Below are positions 46,706-56,119 of a stretch of DNA of 64,000 nt, one piece after another (within the stretch, counting starts at the first letter, position 1; every line of letters begins with the position of its first letter). Both the position numbers and the translations under genes were made by a program. The DNA comes from a virus (Duplodnaviria > Caudoviricetes). The notes beneath the pieces were generated by a model. That model saw only the letters and a program-made list of their open reading frames with translations. It did no database searches and had not been told where the DNA came from. The stretch covers positions 1-64,000 of the IMG/VR virus record IMGVR_UViG_3300033463_000081, one strand, 5' to 3'.

Positions 46706-47692
46706 TCACGCATACTTACGATAGGCGTTGCGCACGTTCTCCTTGCTTTGGTAGACGTATTCCATTGTGGTGTCCAGCTTGTCATGGCCGAGTACCGCCG
46801 CTACGTCCTGAATGGGCATACCGTTGTTGATGAGGTTCGTGGCCAACGTCCGGCGGAACTTATGCGGATGGACGCGCTCTACCCCGGACTCCGCGCCTAG
46901 CTGTCTGAGCATCCTTCGGACTCCACCGGGTTGTATACGCGCATCGGAACGGTTGATGAACAGCGCCTCGCAATCGTCTTTTCTCTTATTCAGATAGCGT
47001 TCCAGCATCATGGCGGTCACGCCGTCGAAGAACACCACGCGCTCCTTGTTGCCTTTGCCTCGGACTTTGCATTCAAAGTTCACAAGGTCGAGGTCGGAGC
47101 GGTTGAGGGAACACGCCTCGGAGATGCGGCATCCAGTAGCCAAAAGAAAGAAGATGATAGCCTTGTCTCTCGGATTACGGCATTTCTCTTTCAGCTTTTC
47201 TATTTCCGTATCGGAATACGGGGTCTTCACCTTCTTGGCGCATTTGATGGGTGCGAGATTAGCGCACGGATTATCTTTGAGCAGGCCCTCTTTCTGACAC
47301 CATCCGAAGAAAGAACAGTATACGCTCCTGTTCCCTTCCAATGTGGAGTCTGCAATCCCGCGCTCTTTCTCCTTGCCGAGATAAGAGCGGATGTGGAACA
47401 CGGTGATTTCCCTTACGGGGACATTGAGAGCGGAGAACAATCTTCTTAGCGTGTAGACAGACCTCGTGATGCTCTTTTCCGAGCATCCCTGCAATCTCTT
47501 CGTATCGCAGTATATGTCGAGCATTTCCTGCGCATCATTTGAGCCTGACTCGTTGGGGTGTTCCTCAACGGCATATGAGGACAGGTTCGCGGAGAGGATA
47601 TCAAGTACGGAGTTGATATCTTTCTCCAATAAAAAAGTCTTTAATTGTCTCTCTGTTTCTTTCAGCAATCGCTGTTTGGCAGTTACAGACAT
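46706..47692 (-). CDS. XerD-like tyrosine recombinase with N-terminal SAM-like domain
   Basis: TGCRISE, GKGNKER, HPHKFRR, LGH, MEY. Confidence 0.95.
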   Translation of the reverse strand: MSVTAKQRLLKETERQLKTFLLEKDINSVLDILSANLSSYAVEEHPNESGSNDAQEMLDIYCDTKRLQGCSEKSITRSVYTLRRLFSALNVPVREITVFHIRSYLGKEKERGIADSTLEGNRSVYCSFFGWCQKEGLLKDNPCANLAPIKCAKKVKTPYSDTEIEKLKEKCRNPRDKAIIFFLLATGCRISEACSLNRSDLDLVNFECKVRGKGNKERVVFFDGVTAMMLERYLNKRKDDCEALFINRSDARIQPGGVRRMLRQLGAESGVERVHPHKFRRTLATNLINNGMPIQDVAAVLGHDKLDTTMEYVYQSKENVRNAYRKYA

Positions 47693-47737
47693 TTTTCATA
47701 CAACCTCCAATCTTAGTATTAGGAAAGGACAGACAAC

Positions 47738-48223
47738 ATGGCATCTTATGAACTCGGACAAGTCGCAATCGTGAATAAAGGTGCATGGAGCAGTGCCACA
47801 AGCTATGTTCTGCTCAATACGGTGACGCACAACGGTGGCTCGTTCATGTGTATCTCCGCCAACACCAACAAGGAACCGGGCGTGGCTTCGGGATGGGCTA
47901 CTTACTGGGTAAACATGGCGAAGGGCATTAAGACCGTGAGCATCGTGGCTGATTCCACATCGACCGCTCATGCGGTGTTCACCATGTCGGACGGCATGAC
48001 CATTACGGGAACCACGTTCACCACATCTCCCGTGGCTGCTGGCTCCATCACGGATACGGAGATAACAAGCAACGGCATCTCACGCATAGCCAACGGAGCG
48101 GTGACGGCGGCGAAGCTCGGCTCGGACATCCTGCCTGCCAACGTGGGCATCAAGCATGGAAACCACAATCCTCCGACCACATCGGACATCTCTGACGGAC
48201 AGATATATCTGTACCACGCATAA
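47738..48223 (+). CDS. Minor tail/fibre-associated protein
   Basis: KGAWSSATSY..LNTVTHNGGSF (CBM-like); ANGAVTAAKL fibre repeat. Confidence 0.6.
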   Translation: MASYELGQVAIVNKGAWSSATSYVLLNTVTHNGGSFMCISANTNKEPGVASGWATYWVNMAKGIKTVSIVADSTSTAHAVFTMSDGMTITGTTFTTSPVAAGSITDTEITSNGISRIANGAVTAAKLGSDILPANVGIKHGNHNPPTTSDISDGQIYLYHA

Positions 48224-48236
48224 GGTGGTGTAGCTC

Positions 48237-49229
48237 ATGGGATGGCAGACTAACGACCCAGGCGGCTCGTATTCGTCCGTAGCCAGTATCACAAAAGCCA
48301 TGAACAAATACACCGTGGTCATCACGGTGAGCATGGCGCGGCTTACGAACAACGGCATTGCGTTCAAGTTCGTGCAGACCACATCCAAAGGCTCCTCCTC
48401 CACATACAAGCCCCCGGACTATATGGATTTCCGCGTGGGGAGCGACACCCGTTCTGAGAACTGGGGAACCGGCGGCGGAGAGCGGTACTATGTGAAAAAC
48501 TTGACGCTCTACTGGAGGGGTACACTCAACAAGAACTCGACCGTGAACGTGAAAGTGGGCGCTCACGATGCGGGAGACTCGGCGTTTGACCACGCTGTAT
48601 ACATCAACAAGGATGTGACAGGCCCGGACTACACATCCAAATACTCGCTGACTTTTAACGGCAACGGGAACAACAGTGGTTCCACAAGTTCCTTCAACGA
48701 TAAGACCTACGGCACTGAGATAATTATGCCCGAATGTGGGTATACAAAGACGGGCTACAACTTTGTAGGGTGGAACACAAACCAATCAGCAACAACGGCG
48801 CAGTATCAGCCCGGAGATTCCTATACCATCACAGCGAATGTCACGTTCTACGCCATATGGTCACAGATAACCTATACCGTCAGCTACAACGGCAACGGAG
48901 CGGACAGCGGAACAACAGAAGAACAGACGAAATACTGGGGCACACCCCTTACCCTTCAGAGCAACGGCTATACCAAAGCCAACTACACGTTCCAACACTG
49001 GAACACGGCGGCGGACGACAGCGGAACGTCCTACGCCGCAGGCGCATCGTACATAGACAACGCCGCCGTAACGCTCTACGCCATATGGAAGAAAAACAAT
49101 ATCCCCGTGTTCATCAGAAGCGGCAACGCCATCATCCAAGTGGAAAAGGCGTTCATAAATGTCGGCGGAACGATAAAGGAATGCACCGTGTATCAGAATC
49201 TCGGTGGGAATATCATCGTTTACCAGTAA
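48237..49229 (+). CDS. Protein with two Listeria-Bacteroides (InlB B) repeats
   Basis: YSLTFNGNG...TKTGYNFVGWNT...FYAIW repeated twice. Confidence 0.75.
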   Translation: MGWQTNDPGGSYSSVASITKAMNKYTVVITVSMARLTNNGIAFKFVQTTSKGSSSTYKPPDYMDFRVGSDTRSENWGTGGGERYYVKNLTLYWRGTLNKNSTVNVKVGAHDAGDSAFDHAVYINKDVTGPDYTSKYSLTFNGNGNNSGSTSSFNDKTYGTEIIMPECGYTKTGYNFVGWNTNQSATTAQYQPGDSYTITANVTFYAIWSQITYTVSYNGNGADSGTTEEQTKYWGTPLTLQSNGYTKANYTFQHWNTAADDSGTSYAAGASYIDNAAVTLYAIWKKNNIPVFIRSGNAIIQVEKAFINVGGTIKECTVYQNLGGNIIVYQ

Positions 49230-49240
49230 GGGGTGAGTGA

Positions 49241-50116
49241 ATGCTCAATGTAATCGACATATCCTCGTGGCAGACGGGCATGAACCTCGACACGATGTAT
49301 AAGCGGAACCCGGATTTGAACGGAGTCATCGTCAAGGTGACGCAAGGCACGTCCTATGTGAATCCCCCCGCAAAGGAATGGCTCGAATGGCTGATGTCCA
49401 AGAACAAGCCTTTCGGCGTGTATCATTTCCTTGACCTCTACGGAGGCGTGGCTGAAGCACAGCACTTCGTCAACACCATCCAGCCGTATATCGGCAAGGG
49501 AATCCTCGTCATAGACTACGAGGGCAACGCCGTCCGCAAGGGCGCAGGCTACCTCAAAGAATGTCTCGATGAGGTCTATCGGCTGACCAACGTCAAGCCG
49601 TTCGTCTACTGCTCACAGAGCATCACGCAGACCAACGGATTTGACAAGATAGCGGCGGCGGGATATCCGCTGTGGATGGCGCAGTACGCAGATTACAACC
49701 CCGTACACGGATTCTTGGAGAAGCCGTGGCAGAAAGGCTCGGTCAAACCGTTCGACAAATACTGGATGCACCAATATACTTCCTGCGGATATCTGAACGG
49801 ATGGGATGGGCGTCTGGACTTCGACCTCTTCTATGGAACGGAACTGGACTGGCGCAAGCTGGCGTACAGTGACATCGAACCCGACGTTCCCGTTACGCCA
49901 CTGAAGAAAGCCGACCCAAGCATATGCCTGCGTGTACTCAAGAACGAGTTTGGAGTTGGCACGGACAGAATCATACGCCTGCGTGAAGAGGGCTACGACC
50001 CAACCGATGTGCAGAAGACGCTGAACAGGCTGTTCATAGAGGCGAAGAACGCAAGAACCGCCATAGGCGATGACATGAGCTACCTGAACTCTATCCTTTG
50101 GATAATGAAATCTTAA
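49241..50116 (+). CDS. Endolysin, GH25 muramidase with a CW_7-like cell-wall-binding domain
   Basis: IDISSWQ, VKVTQG, IDYE, LWMAQY, HQYTS, DFDLF; C-terminal EFGVG..RI..L...GYDP..VQ. Confidence 0.9.
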   Translation: MLNVIDISSWQTGMNLDTMYKRNPDLNGVIVKVTQGTSYVNPPAKEWLEWLMSKNKPFGVYHFLDLYGGVAEAQHFVNTIQPYIGKGILVIDYEGNAVRKGAGYLKECLDEVYRLTNVKPFVYCSQSITQTNGFDKIAAAGYPLWMAQYADYNPVHGFLEKPWQKGSVKPFDKYWMHQYTSCGYLNGWDGRLDFDLFYGTELDWRKLAYSDIEPDVPVTPLKKADPSICLRVLKNEFGVGTDRIIRLREEGYDPTDVQKTLNRLFIEAKNARTAIGDDMSYLNSILWIMKS

Positions 50117-50132
50117 TGAGGAGGAATCATAT

Positions 50133-50414
50133 ATGGCATACGAAATCAAATCCGTATCTTATCCCGCCCTGAAGCCAATCATGGAAATCGAGGCGGACGC
50201 ACTGTCCGATATCGAATCCCTTACAGGCATGGCGGAGGGAAGCACCTGCAAGGTCAGTTCCACAACCTATGTCTACGATGAGGTCAACGGCTGGGCCGAA
50301 GCGGGAACTCAGGGTCAGGAACTCCCCGCGTTCCCTGAAGAGAACGGCAACTACCACCTCAAATGCGCCGTCACCAACGATGGAGCAACGCTCAGTTGGG
50401 TGGCTCTCACCTAA
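50133..50414 (+). CDS. Small virion-type hypothetical protein
   Basis: GAGGAGG RBS; last gene of the late operon. Confidence 0.6.
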   Translation: MAYEIKSVSYPALKPIMEIEADALSDIESLTGMAEGSTCKVSSTTYVYDEVNGWAEAGTQGQELPAFPEENGNYHLKCAVTNDGATLSWVALT

Positions 50415-50427
50415 ACACCAAAACACA

Positions 50428-50476
50428 AAGAATGCCGTCAGACGCAACAGAATGCGTTCTGACGGCATTTTCTTTT
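50428..50476. terminator. Long bidirectional terminator between late and left-going arms
   Basis: AAGAATGCCGTCAGACGCA...TGCGTTCTGACGGCATTTTCTT. Confidence 0.85.
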
Positions 50477-50486
50477 CGGAGTATAG

Positions 50487-51503
50487 TTATTGCGTAAGTT
50501 GACGAAGTTGCGCCACAGCCCGTCTGAGGGCGTCTGCAACGTAATCGTAGTCTTCCTTGGGAGTTTCGGGGCAGAAAGACAGACGGATGGTGGAGAGAGC
50601 CTGCTCCACGGTAAGCCCGGACGCAAGCAGAACGGGGGACGGTGCGTCAGAATCGGAGGAGCAGGCCGCGCCTGCCGAAGCGTACACGCCGAGGGCGTCA
50701 AGGGCAACGAGCAGTTCACGGGCGTTCACGCCATCGAATCGGACGGACAGAATACTGTGCACGGCATGGATGGGCGTGTTGATATGCGCCCCCTCAATCT
50801 CCATGATGGAATGACCGAGACCGTACAGACGCTCCGCCATTCTGTCACCGTCTTCGTACATATACTCCGTTCTGTACACGAGGGCGTCCGCCATAGCACT
50901 GACAAGAGCCACGGGCGGAGTGCCGGGGAACGTATCGTCATCGGATATCCCTCCCTTCATATAGAGAAATCCGATGCCGGGGTATCCCCCGAACTTGTGC
51001 GCTCCTGCGGCGAGGGCTTCCACGCCCAGCTCTTTGACGTTCACGGGAATCTGACCGACAGCGGCGGTGGCGTCCGTGAAGACACGGTTGTGAGTGGAAT
51101 CCTTTTTCACCTCGTAATCATACCGTTCCCCGGTCTCGTTGTTGACGAGCATGTGGGCAACGGCATTCCCGTCCACAACGCCGAACGAACGGATAGACTC
51201 CACGGAGTCACGGACAGCCTTATGCTCGTAGGGCGAACACCATCCGATGTTCATGACGTTGACGGCGAAACGGCAGGCGGCTGTGGCGGACGGCGTGAAC
51301 GCTATCTCCGTGGGAAAATCAGCGCCGATACACTCGGCGATATCCGCACGGGCTTTCTCCAACAAACTCCTTGCCACACGCCCATACTGGTGCGTACCGT
51401 TGGGGTTGGCGAGGAGGCCGTGCATATTGGTTTCCGCTATGGGAAGCACGGGGGCGGAGGCGGCGCAGTCGGCGTAGACTCTCCGCCATTCCATATCAGA
51501 CAT
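50487..51503 (-). CDS. iscS: Cysteine desulfurase (IscS/NifS class-V PLP enzyme)
   Basis: Y.D.AAS.P, ANP, NNETG, TDATAAVG, AHKFGG (PLP Lys), SAGAACSS (catalytic Cys). Confidence 0.9.
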   Translation of the reverse strand: MSDMEWRRVYADCAASAPVLPIAETNMHGLLANPNGTHQYGRVARSLLEKARADIAECIGADFPTEIAFTPSATAACRFAVNVMNIGWCSPYEHKAVRDSVESIRSFGVVDGNAVAHMLVNNETGERYDYEVKKDSTHNRVFTDATAAVGQIPVNVKELGVEALAAGAHKFGGYPGIGFLYMKGGISDDDTFPGTPPVALVSAMADALVYRTEYMYEDGDRMAERLYGLGHSIMEIEGAHINTPIHAVHSILSVRFDGVNARELLVALDALGVYASAGAACSSDSDAPSPVLLASGLTVEQALSTIRLSFCPETPKEDYDYVADALRRAVAQLRQLTQ

Positions 51504-51810
51504 CGGCAATCTCCTCCTCAAACATTTCTATGGCGATGTGCGCCTTTCGTTGGTATCTGTGCTGTGCTTCGGATATCTTCTTATTCCGACAGTTATAACA
51601 GCATGTGGAGCGGCCCGACTTGAGGTTGCTCCCTATCACAATGTCCTCCGCACCGCAGTCGCAACGGCAGTGCCAACGTGGGGTGCTGTGCGAGACTATC
51701 ATGCCGTTGCGGAAGTCCACGGACGTACTGGTGTAGTCGGCGTAGGAGCGGCCCAAGACCGTCCACGAACCGAATCTTTTCCCGGTCAGGTCAAGGGCGT
51801 GTCTGCCCAT
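51496..51810 (-). CDS. HNH/AP2-associated N-terminal-domain protein
   Basis: DLTGKRFGSWTV...WHCRCDCG...SNLKSG. Confidence 0.65.
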   Translation of the reverse strand: MGRHALDLTGKRFGSWTVLGRSYADYTSTSVDFRNGMIVSHSTPRWHCRCDCGAEDIVIGSNLKSGRSTCCYNCRNKKISEAQHRYQRKAHIAIEMFEEEIADV

Positions 51811-52166
51811 CAGAAGAACTCCTCGTCCGAGAATCGGTAGCCGTCTATGTTTTTGACCCGATAGTTGAAGTTGTCCGGGTTGTCCCGCGTTTCGGGGTCG
51901 TTCTGCTTGGTTTCCACGAGGTCTACGAAAACATCGTAGGGGATGATTTCATCGTACTCGTCCATGATGACGAACTCCGTGGAATCGACCGTGTGATTCT
52001 TGAGCCACGTCTTCACCTGCGGCCATGTGTGCCATGTTACTGGCGGCTCAGACCATGTGTCGGACTGCTCCTGAAAGTGGAACAGCCAGCCGACAGAACT
52101 CTTCCCGATATGATGGGGAGATTCCGTGGTGGGTCTGTTCCGCACGGCGTAGTAGTTAGTTCCCAT
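51810..52166 (-). CDS. Hypothetical protein
   Basis: MGTNYY...HIGKSSVGWLFHFQ. Confidence 0.7.
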   Translation of the reverse strand: MGTNYYAVRNRPTTESPHHIGKSSVGWLFHFQEQSDTWSEPPVTWHTWPQVKTWLKNHTVDSTEFVIMDEYDEIIPYDVFVDLVETKQNDPETRDNPDNFNYRVKNIDGYRFSDEEFF

Positions 52167-52461
52167 CTTTCTTCCTTTCTCCGTGGGCGCAGTAGAAATC
52201 TTTCTTCACGCACCCGTCTATCATGGGGCAGATAAGGTACGCCTGACCAATGTCCATTGCGTTCTCGCATTCGGCGCACCGCACGACCGATTCAAGAACA
52301 GGTGTTGTACGCACAATGTCCATACAATTGGTCACAACTTTGGCATACGAATACATAAGGGCATCATGCACGGCGTCCTCGCCACACGTCCCGTCCAAAT
52401 AATCAATGCGGAGTTGCGTCAGCTTTTCGATTGTATCATCACGGTCAATCAATGCGCTCAT
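52156..52461 (-). CDS. Hypothetical protein
   Basis: LIDRD...VVRCAEC...DFYCAHGERK. Confidence 0.65.
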   Translation of the reverse strand: MSALIDRDDTIEKLTQLRIDYLDGTCGEDAVHDALMYSYAKVVTNCMDIVRTTPVLESVVRCAECENAMDIGQAYLICPMIDGCVKKDFYCAHGERKKDGN

Positions 52462-52585
52462 GGTTTACTCCTCATCATCCTCGGCGGTGAGTTCGTTGTA
52501 CAGCTGGGTGAACCGCCTGTTCCAACTGCGCATACCACAGAATAAGACGATTCCGAGGACAAGCCATTCTATACTCACAATAATC

Positions 52586-54405
52586 TCAAGCATCTTTTAC
52601 CTCCGATTTCAGCCAGTCCAAAACGCACTTTACGCACTCCTTATGCGGAGGGCATTCCTCTTTCGGCGGAACGGTACACCACATGGCGTCACAGCAATGC
52701 TCGTCAATGTACACCGCCAATTCCTCGTCTGTTAATTCCCGAATAAATTCCGCATTCGTGCGTGTGCCGATGACTTCATCGTGACCGCACACGGGGCATT
52801 TACCTATGGTCATTCAGACACCTCCAGTCCGAGCCATCCTTCGATGTTGTCCGTGGGTTGGTCATTACAACAGCAGTACAGTGGGCATTCCTTGTCGCAA
52901 CATTCGTCATAGACTTTCGCATATCGCACATGAAATGTCAGAACCTTTGCTATCCACTCCGCAAGGTCATAGTCGGACAGAGAGCGGATGACATCGCCGT
53001 TGGTCATTCGGATACCTCCTCCAACCACTTAATCCAACATTTGTCGCAAGAATCTTCTTCGCATCCATATATGCCGCTAATAACACAAGTTATCTCATTG
53101 CGGATGTTTGCCAAAAACCTGCCAAGTTCTTCATCGTCCATACTGCGGAGCTTGTCAGCGTTGGTAGGTTCAACGGTTCTCGTTTCGCGGCAAGAAACAC
53201 TGTCAAAATCCAAAAGGCAGGAATATTTCTCTCCGCATCTATCACAAACGGTAATTGGTCTATTCATTTTCGCACACCGCCTATCAATTTCTTAATCTGC
53301 TCCGCACATTCGGGGCATATCCACGTTGCCTTTGATGCCACCTTGCTTCCGGGATTTTCATAGCATCCGCAAATGGAACAGATATGGGACGGAACGACAT
53401 CATCTTTTGCGTCCGGGCAACGAGGACAATAGTAATACGGCCCACAGTCAACTCTCATTCTCCCGCCTCCTCTATCAGCCAGTCAAGCCAACAGCCCGCG
53501 CACCCACTCTTACGGCATTTGCAGTTTGAATCGGGGCATAGACCGTATTCACCATCGTTTGTGATTTCCCCCAAGAACTCGGACATCTCCGCCGGGGTCA
53601 TGGAGATGAGCCTATCATAATTGGTCGGCTTCTTCGGCTCCCAGTAATCACAGTTGGCCCGATTGCAGATATAGGCGTGATGGTAACTGTCATAGTAGGC
53701 AATGCCGCCGCACTTAGGACATATCTTCATAATTCATCCTCGCTTGGCATGAACTCATAACAATCCAACGGATTGTCGCAGTATTCGTGACCGACAAAGC
53801 AATCGGCGCACGGGATACAGTCTTTTGGACAGGCGTAGTTGTATGCGTCATTGTCCTCATTGTGTGCGCATACACGGCAGATGCAGTCGGCGCAGGATTC
53901 ATCGCCCATAACGATATTACTCATGTTTCTTCCTCCATGTAATACTCGATATGTTTATCCATGTGGCAGTCCCACTCATTCCGATATCTCCTTTGATACA
54001 TTGGAAAATCGAGCCATATCAAACAATTTTTGGAGTCTTTCGATTTCCTCATTCCACTCTTCAACGAGCCTATTAGCCTCTGCCTCATCATGGCACAGAA
54101 TTGCGGAGAGAAATAAATCCCTTAATCCGTCAAGCATTGGATACCTCCTCTTTCAGCCACTTAATCCAACATTCATGGCACTCAATATTCGGGCATTCCC
54201 ATTTCGTCCATTTCACCCACGATGGACAAATACCAGCCGAATTAAGTGTCTTCGCAATATCTTCATCAGAAAGAGAACGGAGCCGGTCGCCGTTGGTCTT
54301 GACCACATGATAGGAAATCGTTCCAGACTCCAAGTCGCAATCATAGTGGTCAATCTTACCGTGGATAGGCGCAGGATTCGTGGGGTTGGGATATTCGTTA
54401 CTCAT
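52586..54405 (-). CDS. Cluster of small Cys-rich paralogous ORFs (52586-52813, 52810-53007, 53004-53267, 53264-53458, 53455-53730, 53727-53924, 53976-54137, 54130-54405)
   Basis: Tightly overlapping; five share TN(A/G/Y)x..R.(M/L)(S/T/D)DE(E/D)(L/I)-like motifs and C..C..WL.EE. Confidence 0.65.
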
Positions 54406-55112
54406 TACGGCACAGCTCCTTTGGATGAAAATCAAAGCAGTTTTCCGAGTGTTCATACTTCAGGTCTTCATCGTCAAGGTGTCCATACAAGACGCAGTAT
54501 GGTTCGGCATTGTAATCTCTAACGCAGCTAACACAGTCCAAGCAAGTCATGTTCTTCTTTTTCCTTTCTTCATGTTCCATCCATGCAATCATTAATTCAG
54601 CAAAATCATTCATTCGCCCTCATCCACTGCACACGCATTACTCGCCCAAGCCGGACAACAGATGCACTTACGCTCGTATTCGTCATACATTCTGTTCCAT
54701 ATGCCGGTACAAAAGCACCGCTTATCTTCAGGGCCAAACTGTCCGCTGTCGGGACGACCGTACTTTTTACAATCATCGTCAAGAGGTTTCCCCCGCATCT
54801 GCGCTCTTGTTTTTCGCTTCATTCATCTACCTCTTTGGGAACAACAACAGGAGATTCTCGATATATCTTTTGCATCTCCCGTGCCGCTTCCCACTGACTG
54901 CCATACGCTCTATCAGATGCAATCGCCAAAATATCATAAGCGTATTCATCAGCCACATCCCTGTCTATCAAATCCCCATGCGGCGGGAGTTCAACGGACT
55001 CATATTTCTTATAACCATTTTTCCATGTGGTGCTTACAGTTCCGTCGGGATTGATTTTCACCAACAAAGGTTCGTCTTTCGGCATTTTTATGTTTTTAAT
55101 CAGTATGCTCAT
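54398..55112 (-). CDS. Three small hypothetical ORFs (54398-54613, 54610-54822, 54819-55112)
   Basis: ATGA overlaps with GGAGG-like RBSs. Confidence 0.55.
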
Positions 55113-55271
55113 ACTTTTTCCTCCATCCTTACCGGGTTAATCGTGTTCGCCCACAGAGATACGCCACACACGGGGCATGTGATGTGACAGAGACTTACCT
55201 CACACGCTTTGTATTGGATGCGTGACCCACACTCACGGCAAGTGACCTCGTACACGGGGACGGGTTTTCTC

Positions 55272-55625
55272 TCAATCACTTCCATCGTTCACCTCTTCCG
55301 GCCGCGCGGGAATGGGCATCCAGTAGATAACAGTTCCCTCCCAATAATCGCCGTTGTTATCATCAAATATAGGCTCTCCATCTCCATCAAGCCCATAGTA
55401 CGTTGCGAGAAACATATCATACGCATCCGTAAAGCACAGAACATCGTGGAACTCTTTGGGAAGTTCCTCGCTTATGGATATCCACTTGGGAATTTGCGTG
55501 GTCAGTTCCTCTATGGCGTCTGCGGCCTCATACATAAGGTCTGTCCAACATCCGTCCGTGTCTCGCTCATTGCATTTACCGCCCGCACATACACGGAGCT
55601 TTTCCATCAGTTCCTCGTTGGTCAT
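55272..55625 (-). CDS. DUF551-like protein
   Basis: KWISISEELP...VLCFTD...V.YWMPIP.RP. Confidence 0.7.
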   Translation of the reverse strand: MTNEELMEKLRVCAGGKCNERDTDGCWTDLMYEAADAIEELTTQIPKWISISEELPKEFHDVLCFTDAYDMFLATYYGLDGDGEPIFDDNNGDYWEGTVIYWMPIPARPEEVNDGSD

Positions 55626-56119
55626 TCTTCTCCCTCCTCTACCTCTTTCTTTTCGTACCGGCTACAGGCGGCTGTGTTCTCATAGCAGAGGTCGTGCTTC
55701 AGGTCACAGCAGAGGCTCCAGTCACCCATGCCCATGTAGTGTTTGCAGGACGCACAGTAACGGGGGAAACCGGGGAGTTTCTGCCAGTGCGTGACAACTC
55801 CATCCCACTGATACTCATCGTTCTCGAAGATGGGTACTCCGTGCTGAAACCCGACAAACCATCCGATGTAGATTTCATCGTCATCGGCGTAGAGCAGGAC
55901 GTGTTCGCCCTCTACCGGGAACTTCTCGCTGACGGGAATCCAACGTGGGACGTTGTTCAGGTAGTGTTTCCACGCCTCCTGCGCCTCACCAACGGCGGAC
56001 TCTATTGCTTTCGCCGCCTCGACCATCAGACTGTGGTCTTCCAATCCGCCCGTCTCCTGTATGCACACACGGCGGTTACGGAGCCTTCGGCAGAGGGCGG
56101 CGTAGTAGGTATCTGTCAT
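55622..56119 (-). CDS. DUF551-like protein
   Basis: RWIPVSEKFP...VLLY...VTHWQKLP. Confidence 0.7.
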   Translation of the reverse strand: MTDTYYAALCRRLRNRRVCIQETGGLEDHSLMVEAAKAIESAVGEAQEAWKHYLNNVPRWIPVSEKFPVEGEHVLLYADDDEIYIGWFVGFQHGVPIFENDEYQWDGVVTHWQKLPGFPRYCASCKHYMGMGDWSLCCDLKHDLCYENTAACSRYEKKEVEEGEE

